From positions 124,001-188,000 of the forward strand of contig NMRA01000458.1 of NCBI GenBank assembly GCA_002633005.1: 64,000 nucleotides of DNA, read 5' to 3'. Made by a program: the position numbers and the translations under genes. The notes under the pieces were generated by a model. The model saw only the letters and a program-made list of their open reading frames with translations, made no database searches and had not been told where the DNA came from. The stretch is from Phoronis australis. Its lineage: Eukaryota > Animalia > Phoronida. Below, piece by piece: positions 13,316-25,500 of this stretch. Within the stretch, counting starts at the first letter, position 1. Each line of letters starts with the position of its first letter.

Positions 13316-16024
13316 CATAGGCGGATTTAGGGGGTGCAGGGGGCCAGACTGGTGTATAATAAAGACTGCGCAATAATCATATTGTGTACATGTAATGTGA
13401 ACTCATTTTCCGAAGAATTGATGTTGTAGCGGGCGCTGTGGTCTGGTCGCTAGTCCGTTTCAAGATACACCCTAACAAGTTAAGCCCATACAAGGAATGA
13501 ACCCGGGGGGCACTCATTATGACAACGTGACCGCATTCGCGAACAGTGTAGAGTACCAGAAACTGCGGGTAGGCTGTACTTTCTCAGGAAGGTTTTGCGA
13601 GACTTGCGCGGTGTTTAATAGGTCTCCTAAGGAGCCCTGGTTCCGACCTCAGCACTGACCGTCTTCCTACCTGCAATAAGCACCACTGCCGTCCTCTATA
13701 CAGGGAATTTCGGCAGAAAGGCCCACCCTATGAAACGCCCATACCCGTGGGCGTTTATTTGGTGTTCGGGTTGAAAGCTGAGTGTTTAGACATAGGGACG
13801 TTCATTCCGAAAATTGCAAGAGATGCAAATTGGCCTTGGGATACATTGTATTTGGCAAAAGCACAAGGTTTGAAGCAGTCCGTGATGAACGGGTCAAATA
13901 TAGTTGCGTTTGTAACTCTTTTGTATGGACTTGACAATCTCTAGGGTTTAATGCAAGCATTGAAACAAACTTCTAAGATGTCTGGGTTGAATGGTTCCAA
14001 GACGCGCAAACCATTGAATCCAATATACAGATTCCTCGGCAGTCCAGAAAACAGAAGTGAGGGCTAACGTTCCTGCAGGAACACACAGGTAATAAATTAT
14101 AATTCTGCAGTTTGTACATGTCACCTTTCTGACATACTCTTTTCTTTGATGCTTGTTTACAATGAAAGCGAAATAGAAATAATTTTCAGACCTGCCATAT
14201 TTACCTAGTAAAGCACAAAGTTTGAGAGCGCACAGAAACTGATTCTATATTGCATTTCCACTCGGTTTTTTATTCGCTTCATAACCAAAATGCATTTCAC
14301 GTAGTGTGTAGTTAAATTTGTAGTGAACACTTGTTTTTTCCAGTACAGCACTACAGAAGAACAGCGGGAATACCCTTCCTAGACAACGTCTCACAGCAGT
14401 TGGCCACCAGGATTTCGAAAGACAACAGGAAGCTGTCATTTCTAGTGCCATTGGTTAACAGGATGAGGGATGTAGACTTAGGCTCAATGGAGGTTCGGCT
14501 GCATATCTGGGACATAGACTTGCCATCAGCAGATTCCCCGAAGGTGACCGACTTCCTTCTGACTATCGGCATTTTGAGTAGCACGTTGTTTCCTCTGTTA
14601 AATTACCGATTGCTCTATGTAATAGTAGAAACACAAAAAGTATCAATATCTTTTGGTCTCATATCAGCAAAAACTCTGATGCTGGCGGTCCTTCTGGAAT
14701 GCTCATTGTCGAAAGGATTTTCCAGATAACTTGCGTTCCACACTCAAGCACGCCGACGGCGACATCTCAAAAACCAGGGTGATGTTATTAACATGACGTT
14801 TATCCTCATCTGGATATGCTGTGAGGCAGAGAGAGATCACTTTCTGTACTCAGGCGTGTGAAGACACATTTGAGGGCTACTGAGGTAAGGCTTGTTGGAT
14901 TATCACTGATGGCCATGCACTACGAAACAACGAAAAGACTAGATACGTCACTCGGGTCGTCGAGTGCTTCCACAGCAACACAAGACCAAATGTTCTGCAA
15001 GTCTATCTTCTTTGACTGAAAGTGCGCCAAGTTTTGTCAGTGAGTAACGGCAAAATGCATAAAATACATGTACGAACAACAAAGTGTCTAGGGCGAAGTT
15101 TTCAATTCAGACTTTTTGCTTAGTGTACTTTAGATCCCGCGACGCACCAGACCAGCTTATTTGTGTAGCTATTGACTCTTAGTGTACTTCTAGTCTCTCG
15201 GTGAACTGGTTTTGTAATATTTTTACCACAGCGTGCTTTATAAAGCTGTCTACGGAGACTGAGTCAGTACTTTTTGGTCTCGCGACAGTTCGAGTATTTT
15301 TAAGAGATACTTGGCATATTTTGTCGCTCGACGGACTAGGACAGCTTATTTGTTTAGATATTGACAGTCAGTGTTGGCCTACATCTTGTCCCAGGGCTAA
15401 CTGGTCTTGCATATCTTTTCACGACGGTGTACAATATGTTGTGGTTCCGTGAAAATGTCCTCAGGTGATTTGTTTCCTGATACATTTGACGTTTTTCAAT
15501 AGTTGCGACACACAGTAACTCAACAATCAACGTGATTCAGGTTAATACTCAAGTGTTAATTGTCGCTTTTAATAATAGACTATGAACTGAGATCACCATC
15601 GTTCGTTTTTCTGGTAACGAGACGGAACATAAGTTTATTTCTGGTCGTAACAGTGCCGGTCTTCATTCTTAAACAACTTCAGGCTGCTATCAAGCGATCG
15701 AATATTCAAGTGTTGGGTTTTTATGTGGCAAAATATGGAAAGTGTTTCTTAATCATTTCTCAATGGTATATCTTAGTATCACACCCACAGTACTTCATAA
15801 TTATCAGATGTACTGTAGGTCTATTTTACAGACAATTTCTCAGTATCTTATCATGCGTGCTGGTATTGGCGTACCGGTATACTACCAAAACCATAGTTTG
15901 TCTTGAGTCCCAGGCTTTCCCCTATCCTCAATGGCTGACAACCACGAGCGCTGGCACACACTATCAAAACTAATCAGAGATAGTATGCCAATGGTCCCTA
16001 AGCCTCCCATTATCCGCCCCAATG
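13316..16024 (+). mobile_element. Possible extent of the degenerate hAT element containing the transposase relic
   Basis: Degenerate termini cataggcggatttaggggg (13316) and tatccgccccaatg (ending 16024) resemble the CAGTGGCGGAT family TIRs. No clear TSD. Confidence 0.45.
13747..15019 (+). pseudogene. Decayed, intron-containing hAT-superfamily transposase (P52rIPK/THAP12-like C-terminal half)
   Basis: Fragments in the expected order: WDTLYLAKAQGLKQSVMNGSNIVAFVTLLYGL; EWFQDAQ..IPRQSRKQ..RANVPA; probable intron 14089-14343; HYRRTAGIPFLDNVSQQLATRISKDNR..WDIDLPS; hATC dimerisation-like CEAER-SLSVLRRVKTHLRAT..RLVGLSLMAMHY..MFCKSIFFD*. Stops and frameshifts are present. Confidence 0.8.
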
Positions 16025-16062
16025 ACTAACCGCCACCAGGGGCGTGCACATCACTATAATAC

Positions 16063-17741
16063 CAGTGGCGGATCTACGTTTTCAGTAAGGGGGGTGTAAG
16101 ATTCCCGCAAAGGTCGAATCCTAGGCGCGTGGCGTCGAGCGGGAGAAGTCGGGTGGGGGGAACATTTTTTGTTTTTGTAGCCAAATAGGGAAATTTCCAT
16201 GCATCCTGGTAAGTTTCTGGCACTTAACAGGTCTCTGGAGTTTTTCTTAAGATGATTAAAACCCTTCTAGATTTCGTCACATGAACTTGGCTCATAAGTT
16301 TCGTGAAATCATTATTGTGCACATCTGGGTATGAGTCACGCCACCAGCAAATTTTTTTGTTGGAACATCTGCTTACACACACTTTTTTTAGCATACGAAA
16401 AGTCGTATACGAAAAAGTGTGGTGTGTATACAGGGGTTTAGACAACTTCCAAATATTCAAGAGCATAAAGAGCACCGACGGGGCGTAAAAACTTGAATAT
16501 CAGATGATCGCGTAACAGCAGCCTCAAATTGTCTAAGANNNNNNNNNNNNNNNNNNNNNNNNNNNNNNNNNNNNNNNNNNNNNNNNNNNNNNNNNNNNNN
16601 NNNNNNNNNNNNNNNNNNNNNNNNNNNNNNNNNNNNNNNNNNNNNNNNNNNNNNNNNNNNNNNNNNNNNNNNNNNNNNNNNNNNNNNNNNNNNNNNNNNN
16701 NNNNNNNNNNNNNNNNNNNNNNNNNNNNNNNNNNNNNNNNNNNNNNNNNNNNNNNNNNNNNNNNNNNNNNNNNNNNNNNNNNNNNNNNNNNNNNNNNNNN
16801 NNNNNNNNNNNNNNNNNNNNNNNNNNNNNNNNNNNNNNNNNNNNNNNNNNNNNNNNNNNNNNNNNNNNNNNNNNNNNNNNNNNNNNNNNNNNNNNNNNNN
16901 NNNNNNNNNNNNNNNNNNNNNNNNNNNNNNNNGGAGGCCCATTGAACATCGCACGAGTCCCACAAGACTTTGTTGTGAAAGAACAGCCTCCCCGCAATTT
17001 CTGGTACTGTACACTTTTCGCGAATGCGGTCACTTTCTCAATGTGGGTGCTCCCTTGGTCATTCCTTGTATAGACATAATTTGTTATAGAGAGTGTCTTC
17101 AAACGGACTTGCGACCAGACCACGGCGCCCGCCACAATAGCAATTCTTCGGAAAAAGAATTTTTTTCAAAAATATTACATGTACATGTACACAATATTAC
17201 ATGTACATGTACACTGTATGATATTGCGCAAGACAACTTTACTATACATCAGTTACGAACGTGTGGAGTGTAATAGAATGACACGGCATGACAGATGAGG
17301 TAAAAACGTTGCACGTCAATTCGCCTGAATATCAGGGTTGCGGCACCGCAGTATTTCCCCTAATCAAATCAAAACATATCTAAGAGTAAAGAAGCCAGGT
17401 ACCTAAAGAAATCAGCTATAGAACTGCTCTTTCAGCGGTGAATCCACCTAAAATGCTTGGCTACTTCAGAAGTGTCGACGGAAGCGCGCGCACAATAAAT
17501 CCCCGCGCGTTTTGCCGATGAGCCACAGACTCAGCAATTCACAATGCAAAAAAATTATATTTCCAGAGTGAACCCCACCTCATTTTTTTCCAAGTTGGTT
17601 TACTTGGGGTGTACACACGCTGGCGGTGCCGTTTTGTTTTGCATGAGACGCTTTTGTTTTTTTTTGTTTTTTTTTAATTTTTGGGTCCTGGCCCGAGGGG
17701 GGGTTTAAACCCCCTGAACCCCCCCCGTAGATCCGCCACTG
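16063..17741. mobile_element. About 1.7-kb non-autonomous DNA transposon (CAGTGGCGGATCTAC family), copy B
   Basis: Perfect TIRs cagtggcggatctacg / cgtagatccgccactg; 5-bp TSD aatac at 16058-16062 and 17742-17746. Confidence 0.9.
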
Positions 17742-17894
17742 AATACCCATTATTTAGTCGATGTGTAATCCTCCGCCTTTTCTAACAAAGAAAAGTTAAG
17801 TCATCGTTAGGAAAACAGTACGCTCGTGACACGCGCACGCGGCATTTCCTAAGTTTTTGCGACATCTCTCGGGAGATCATAGCTAGGTAGCAGC

Positions 17895-17986
17895 CACAGG
17901 CGCTTGGGTTTATCGCAAATGACGTCACTCACTTATACATATATAATATTGAGTGACGTCATTTGCGATAAACCCAAGCGCCTGTG
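17895..17986. mobile_element. 92-bp palindromic MITE with 37-bp perfect TIRs and an 8-bp TSD
   Basis: cacaggcgcttgggtttatcgcaaatgacgtcactca, an 18-nt spacer, then the exact reverse complement. TSD gtagcagc at 17887-17894 and 17987-17994. Confidence 0.9.
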
Positions 17987-18385
17987 GTAGCAGCAAAATT
18001 TCTTCTGAAATTCGGTTTGCTGGTATCCGCAAAATTCTAAAAACTTACAATGAAGTGAAACCAGTTCCGATAATTTGTTGTGACGTGTACACAACCTCGT
18101 GAAAGAACAACAGTTGATTGGAGAATAGGCGAAAAAAGAAAGTGGCCAATAGGTGACGCAATATTTCATGGCGCCAAAAGCCGTCGCTAAAGATTCCTTC
18201 ACAACTTTAGCAGCAGAATAACGGTACAACGCCAATTTTCCAATACCGTTAGTTTACTCATGGAAGACTGTAGTTTTTAATGACACTAATTTTGTGTCAG
18301 ATTTTATCTGGCCATTTTTTTTTACCCACATCGGTACAAAGCTGTAAGCTTAGTATACAGCTTTCATATATACCAAGGCTACCTC

Positions 18386-18544
18386 CTGATACCTGTAATA
18401 CCTGTAATACCTGTCACGGACAGGATCATTGGGGATATGCTGGTGCATTAATCCCCTCCCCAGACCATCCCCGTGACAGCAGAAGGCGCAGAACTCCAGG
18501 GCTGACGTTGCCTGTAAGCATTTGATTAGACAGCACTCAGGCAC
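18386..18544 (-). mobile_element. 5'-truncated non-LTR retrotransposon 3' end, copy 1
   Basis: Nearly identical to 62539-62687. Ends on the minus strand in (ACAGGTATT)n. 9-bp TSD ggctacctc at 18377-18385 and 18545-18553. Confidence 0.8.
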
Positions 18545-19572
18545 GGCTACCTCAGTCCTGATCACCATCATTAGCACCCCCGCCTAATTGTTGCAAGCTC
18601 TCATAAGCTCTGTCTCAAGTAGCAATTTGTGCTCATTAAAATTGTCACCAGTGTGGTTACAGGTAATTTGAACTTCGGAGGGAAATTTTCAATCACTACG
18701 GGAATGTTTTAGGCTTCATTGGGGGAATTTCGCGAGATTGAGAGGGGAATAGGGCCGATATCGGCTCCAAAGTCGAGGGATGAGAATTTGAACTCCACTT
18801 TTTTGGTCACTGTTAACTTTTTCATCAAGCGCGCGATCCACAAAATATTTCAACAGAGTCAAGTGAGTTACTAGTAGGCAAAGGCTAGCGCAAGACTGAG
18901 CGAAGCACGTGAGTATGGCGCGTGACACTTGCGAAATAGCATGGGAAGGTATCAGGTGAAATTTGTAAGATTTGTGTCCCTTGGTCTTTTTATTCGTCAA
19001 CATGCGTGATTTCACGTAACTTTCTCAAAATGGCACCTGGCCAGACTAAAATTCGAGCAAACCCGACAGATTTTCATCCAGTTCTAATTATCTTGACTGA
19101 ATATCGTATCCAGACTTATGGTATGTGTTAATCATAACTCCATGTGTATATATGCCTGTTTCATTTGATTTTATTTCCTGTATTTTGAAATTCGTAAGTT
19201 TTTGTGGGGATTTACTATGGCCCCTGTATGCCTACGGCGCATCTAGAGCGATGTCATTGACTACGCGGAATACAACTATGCGATAAGCCAACAGAGCTAT
19301 CGTAGCGAGCCTCGTTTTGGAACGCGCCTCCTGTCGGCGTGAATCAGGTCTATAGAAGTCTGGACACGGGCTCTTAACAATGCTACAGACTTGGGAGTTA
19401 TATGGGTCCTAGCAACAGACTAAGCATGACTTTTCAACTCAACTATCGTTACAAAACACCACCATTAGAGATCGATATATGTGAAAAATTGTCTATCATA
19501 TATCCGGTATAGGTCTACCGCACTAAACTCTTTGGATACTTATCCTGCAACAAAACTAAAAGGGTTAAAGTT

Positions 19573-22500
19573 TCATTGACTTTGTGTCATTTTGTTCTGC
19601 AAAGGATCGTTTCTTATTTTAACTTTTGATTTATCCCCTAGAAGCACGTGCTGCGACATGTCTGGCGAATATTTCGAAGCAGGCGGCCGCCGACCGTATT
19701 CCTCAGCTAACGTGCGAAGTGAATTTGCACTGGCGCCACAACAAAGACCGATGTACTGCACCCCAAGCTGTTTAGCTTGCGCGGCAAAGTTAGCAATGTC
19801 CGCACGCGACGTAGCAACGCATGATAGGTTGACATGAAATACATTAGTGCCATCTTTGGGATCTTTTAATGTGTGGTAGCTCAGGCTGTCGTCAGTGGTG
19901 CGAAAACAGACAGGAAGGCTTGCCAAAGGTCCCTGAAATTTAATTAAAAGATATCATATTAACCACTTCGTCAGCAATAAAGAATAGGTGACATACTGGT
20001 CAAAATGTTGTTGACTTACAGGCGGTTGAATAGCCCATTCTCTGTCATTGATCATTGATTTTATTCGAAGAACCATTCCTTCAGCTCCAGTATGCGGAAA
20101 ACGACTATCTTAAAAAAAAAAAGAAAATATTACGAGTTTTGCTCTGACTTTCGTTATTGCTAATCTTTTTCTCTGGTATGTTTGTCGACTTGAGAACATG
20201 AAACAACAACAGTTTCGTTTATTTTATCCTCTTTGTCACAAAAGTCTCCAAAATCGTCTGAATTACGGTACTCTGGCCTTACATATAATATTTGTTTGCA
20301 CCAGCTTCTTACCGCGGAAAGGAATACTTCAGTTTATCTTTACCTTAGCGGTCTCTTCAAATTGACTGAGGGGTTTTAGCTTGTCAATCAAACTATGAAC
20401 TAGACTAAAATTCTAAAATCAAGTTTTAGGTGTGATGCACGTGTATCAATGCAGGTTACCGTATGTGCGACGTGTATTTAAACACATGTACCCTCGANGG
20501 AAAAATGGTGGAGCTCTTTCTTAACTTGTATGGCTACAAAGTCATCTGTTGACTTTAAAATTGGTATAAGAGGAGCAAGCGACTGCACTTCACTCACATA
20601 TTCAAGGGTTCTTAGTGTGTGTCTGCAACTTTAAAAAGTTCCCACCATGACCCTGTGTCTCAAAAAGAGATTTATTAATACATCTTCAGAGATTTAATAG
20701 CGTTTCGTATACCTGTTGCCAAGAAACAAGCCAACATTTTTTTAAAATCATTTTTCTGTTATCGGAGTTGTACATAGGTGGAAGACCGTCTCCGCTATTG
20801 TTGTTTTACAAGTGCGATACCGAACAGTTGAGAGGAAAGTCCGGGGAGAGCCGCCTCTTTTTTCATTTGTGGAGGCTGTAGCAACAGCAGCTTGACCGAG
20901 AACGTCTCTGTGTTCTAATTTCCTAAAGACGGTTTGTGTACCATACCAGAGTGTGCAATACCAGTGTCGGGAACATGCGATTCTGTCTGGAGCCACACTT
21001 TGTGCGGCATATTTCAAGGAGTCGTGTTTCGACAAAGACAAAAGCGGTGTGACGGTATATGTAAGTGTATTTGCAAATTTTATAAATAACAAAGAAACTG
21101 CTTCCATTCTAGAGCGAGTGATGGAAGTCTTTCATACCCGGCCCAAGTCGAGTGCTGCGACACATAGACTTATGCATTGTAACCATTCCATCATGGCAAC
21201 AGTAAACTGGAGTGACCCAGGTTTACTGTGGCCTTTGTCAGTGATTATTAAGTGTCTATTTTGCATAATAGTTGTCCAGTTCTCGCTCAAAGTCGTCATC
21301 GTTTTCTGATCTGCCATTGCAATTGATTGTCAACTGACCATTCAAACGTCTTCCACCCATTACATCATTTGGCGGGAAACTTGAAAATAACTATTTTTTA
21401 AATTAAAAAAAATCGTGACTATTTGGCGTAAAAAGTGCTTATTTGGTTACATTTTATGGTATTCATATCCTATTAGCTAACTGAAACCTCAAAAACTAAG
21501 AAAATGCGTGGTGGGAACTCATTTAAGTTTGAATGGCAACTATTGAACAAAGTATTAACTTGCGACCGCAAATAAGATGACAACACACACAGCAGTCCCG
21601 AGAAAGTATTGAAATCTTGTCACATCTTCCACACCTTCGTTTCGCATGTCAGAATTATAAAACCCTAGTTTCCGAAAGAGCTCATACGGTGGCTTTAATT
21701 AGTGGGGATTCTTTCGGAAATACCGGTATATGTGAAACTTCACTGTAATTCGAGACATGCGCCTGTATGGCAAACACTTCAGTAAAACCGTAGAGCAAGC
21801 TGACTATTGACCCCTTGTGTTACAACACGGTTGTTGATGTTCTTTTAAGTTGGAGTGAACTGATTAAACTAAATGCACAAACATCAGACATATCCCTATG
21901 TCTATAAGTTTGGCGCAACCCCGTCGTCAGGTACGGCAAATAAAACGCAAACATCAGGCCGTTATCAAGTTGTCGTTTCCTTCGAAAATTGTTGTTGCCC
22001 TTCTCTTTGCAACGCTATCCTATGTCCACCAGTGACATGCGCCTATGTCCTGACCAGAACATTTGAACAAAAGTATTTTGAAAAACGCAATATTTCAGAT
22101 ATAGTTCATAGTCCCAAATAAGTGCAAATGAACTGCTTTATTGTTGGACATAATCATAAATCAGCCGCGTTAGTCTAACGACGCCAGAGGCTTGTAGCAG
22201 ATTTCCTGATCAGTGCATTCCATGTTTTGCTATTTGGTTTCTATGGAATTACTGAAAAAATAATTCACGGATCACCACCGAACTTTCAGAACATGAGGGC
22301 GAATTCATATGCAAACCCTGTTATTTTCTGGTGAAACGGACACAAGTGGCACTGCTGTTTTAAAATCACTGGGGATTCATAGGCATGCCGTAGTTTTCGA
22401 CTGCATGACCACAAAGAGCAAACTATAACTGAATTTTGCATTACGCCTCGTAAGGACTCTACAATAAAATGCGAATTTTTTTTGAAATAGCGAATAAATC

Positions 22501-25500
22501 ACGAAAATAGGCTTGGCGATGAATTCATGACATCAGTGTGAGAATATTACCTGTTTGTTTCGACATGGAATCTTTCAGTTTAGGGTCAAATTGGTATGCA
22601 CCTGTGGTAGTGCTGCGACTTGGCTGACAATGTCTAATATTAGTTAGATCTTAACGGGTCAGATTATGCACTCACAATAAAAACGTTTCTCCGATAGAAA
22701 ATAATGTTCGTTTAGTAATGAGTATTTACGTACCTTATATGTCTTTCTGACACTTCGAAGAAGTTTAAGCATAGTTTCCGGTCCACGGCCACAATTAAAT
22801 CCTACAACACTCGCCCCAGCTTCCTTTAATCTGGTAAGAGCTTCTGCGAAAGGAACGCCGTCGAATGTAGTAGTCTCCAAAGCAGTTGATAAAGTCACAA
22901 CTGCTGGCAACCCTGAAACAATCGAATTAAAGTTTTAAAGTCTGAGTCTGCACGGGAATCGGTCTGCCACGGGTTAAGTGTTTTATCCTGACTAATTAGT
23001 GCCAAGGTCTACCGGTGGTAAGTCTAGGACACACATACTTTTTGTTTGCTCTGAAAATGCCAAGAATTAACTTCCGGCTGGGTAAGAAATCATCTGGGTC
23101 GTGTCGTGTGTGAGACCCACCCTAATAATAGTTCATTTAATTGCCAGGAAAATAATGCAAATTTTGGACTAAGATAGAAAAGTTTGGGCAAGTGGCACAT
23201 TCATATGAGTATTCCCAATTTGCTAATTTGCTGAGAACAGTTTCATGGTGTTCCCCTAAAACGGTGTACCTCTAAATGCTTAGAGAGTTCTTTGAACACT
23301 GTAAAGAATTTTGACTGTGCTGTCACTACCAGTCATCTACGTTAAAACATATTTGTCCTGCAAACAGCATGTTTCTTCACATTGTCGAGGTGCTTTCTGC
23401 GAAAAAAAAAATGAGTGAGTTATTTCCGTTTCACTCAAGAAGATGAGTTACAGCACAATAGTTCACAGCACTGCCCGTAGGAGCGCTAGCCTCTAGGTTT
23501 AGTTCTGACGCCTTACTTCATCAAAAAGCTGCTCAGATTAATAACCTGATCCGCTTTAATGAGATTAACGCACTTCATTTTTGCCTCATCGTCATATTTT
23601 CAACTCATTAAGGGGATGATGATTTATTTTTGGCAACTTAAATCGTATGATAAAGATGTAGGCGCTGGATAAAATGGCGAAACTTGGAGCACCGCCGATA
23701 GTGAACTTCACTTCAGTGATGATAGCCAACGCTTGCTAGTATGAGCGACGAGCAGGTGAGGTCGTAGAAAGTGACCACCGTCTCCAGCTGGCCACAGCAG
23801 AGACTATTTTTACCACGCCCCCTAGGACCGCACGCAGTGTTAAAAATGGCCAGTTGCCGATTTGGGCAACTGAACGAAGGGCTGCTCGAAGAAAAAGTTT
23901 GATTACGGGAGTGCTTGTTCGAGTTGGAAGGAATTAAAGACATCAACGGCCTCCTAAGGTGTACCTCTATGCACAAAAGGTCTTATAACGACATGACTGA
24001 CTTTTTAATCAGTGTGAGGCATAATTCGCTTAAAAGTTTCCGACGTATGAACCTCCTATAGGAGCTTGACCGTCTCTACTGGGGCCACCTATAAACGGTG
24101 GTCACTGTCTAGCGAGGTCGATGCTCAAATTACTAAACCGCTTACAGGTTACGACCCCAAAACATTTAATGTCTTTTGATGGCTTAAACTGTTTTACGGG
24201 AATTGGATAAGGCTAATAAAAGTCAGACAAATCTGCCAACAGCTCTAAGTCAAAAGACAGGCATCTGTAGGCTGTTCGATAGGAGATACATACCAAGAAT
24301 CAACTTTGGGTTATAACCTCTTCGAAAAAGAGGCTCCCGAAGAAAACGTCGTCAAAGGCAATGAAGAAGGCAAGACAGCAAGAAAGAATTGGGTTGATCT
24401 ATGGCAACACAGGAGTGTACTGCAAACGATTCATGTGACTGCATTTAATGCGGTATCTGTTTACGAATCGTGTCATCGTTCGCTAGTCCCTTGGAGAATG
24501 CAGTGTATTTATGAAATAACCCCTACCATTTCCATATTTCTTGATCGTTTCTAATCCGATCATAGCCTCGCCAAAGTTTGATATAGTCTCCAAAACAATG
24601 TAGTCAGCATTCGCTTGCACAATCCATTCAATTTGCTCCTGAAAGCAACACAAACCATGACATTGTTTAAGGTTACATTGAATTTGTAAATACTTCATTT
24701 AGCGTTAATTTACACATTTCAGAGACTTATTAGAGGGGTTGAATATTAATATCCATACTGTCACTTTTATTCGTTCATTCACTATATCCTGAATGTTGAA
24801 CAATGTTACACTGCCGACAATGAGGGCCCTCATGGAAATTAGAAAGAACTGATGAGCTACCCTTATTGTAAATATTACATTAATAAAAATAAACTTTTCT
24901 AGGTTACCAGTTCATTTTCGTTTTATGCAATTTTTGAGTTTTCTTCATGAAAATGACAAAAGCCCTATTAGTTGAGAGTCCCCCCAGCAAAAGTTACACA
25001 GTTGAAAAACAATTATTAAAAGCGCATAACGCATATTATTTGAAAAATTCATGTGAATACGTTCGCCTTTTTTGAGACGTTCTAAGATCCTACATAACCT
25101 TAACATGCTGAAAAAAAAATTTGTTGGGGGTGTCCCCCAAACCACTTTGGGATACTTCGATTTCCATGAGTCTTGCCGGCCGGATACCCACATTCCGTCA
25201 TTTATGCACATGCCCTGCGCAATCGCCGAATCGGAATATGCAATAAAAAAATTCAGCATGTAGAAAGCTGTCGTGTTGGAGATGACTCAATGTGTAAAAA
25301 AATCATCAATTTTTGATTTACGTGTTTATATGTCTTTCAAAATAGACTAAAAGAGGCCTGGAAAGAGAAAAACAGACTAAATTGCGTTATTCAGAGTAGT
25401 ACTCTGCCTCTGAAACAGAATTCAACCTGCTCACCAAGTATTTTCACGGTTTGTTCGTAAAGATTTTGAATTTCTATTGATGTCAAAGCATCTTTCTTTC

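Noticed and set aside
24820-24870. CTGATGA close to GAAA, a possible hammerhead ribozyme
   Set aside because: Only one short stem lies between GAAA and CTGATGA, with no stem III or cleavage triplet. It fits a LINE 3' tail also seen at 39033-39115.
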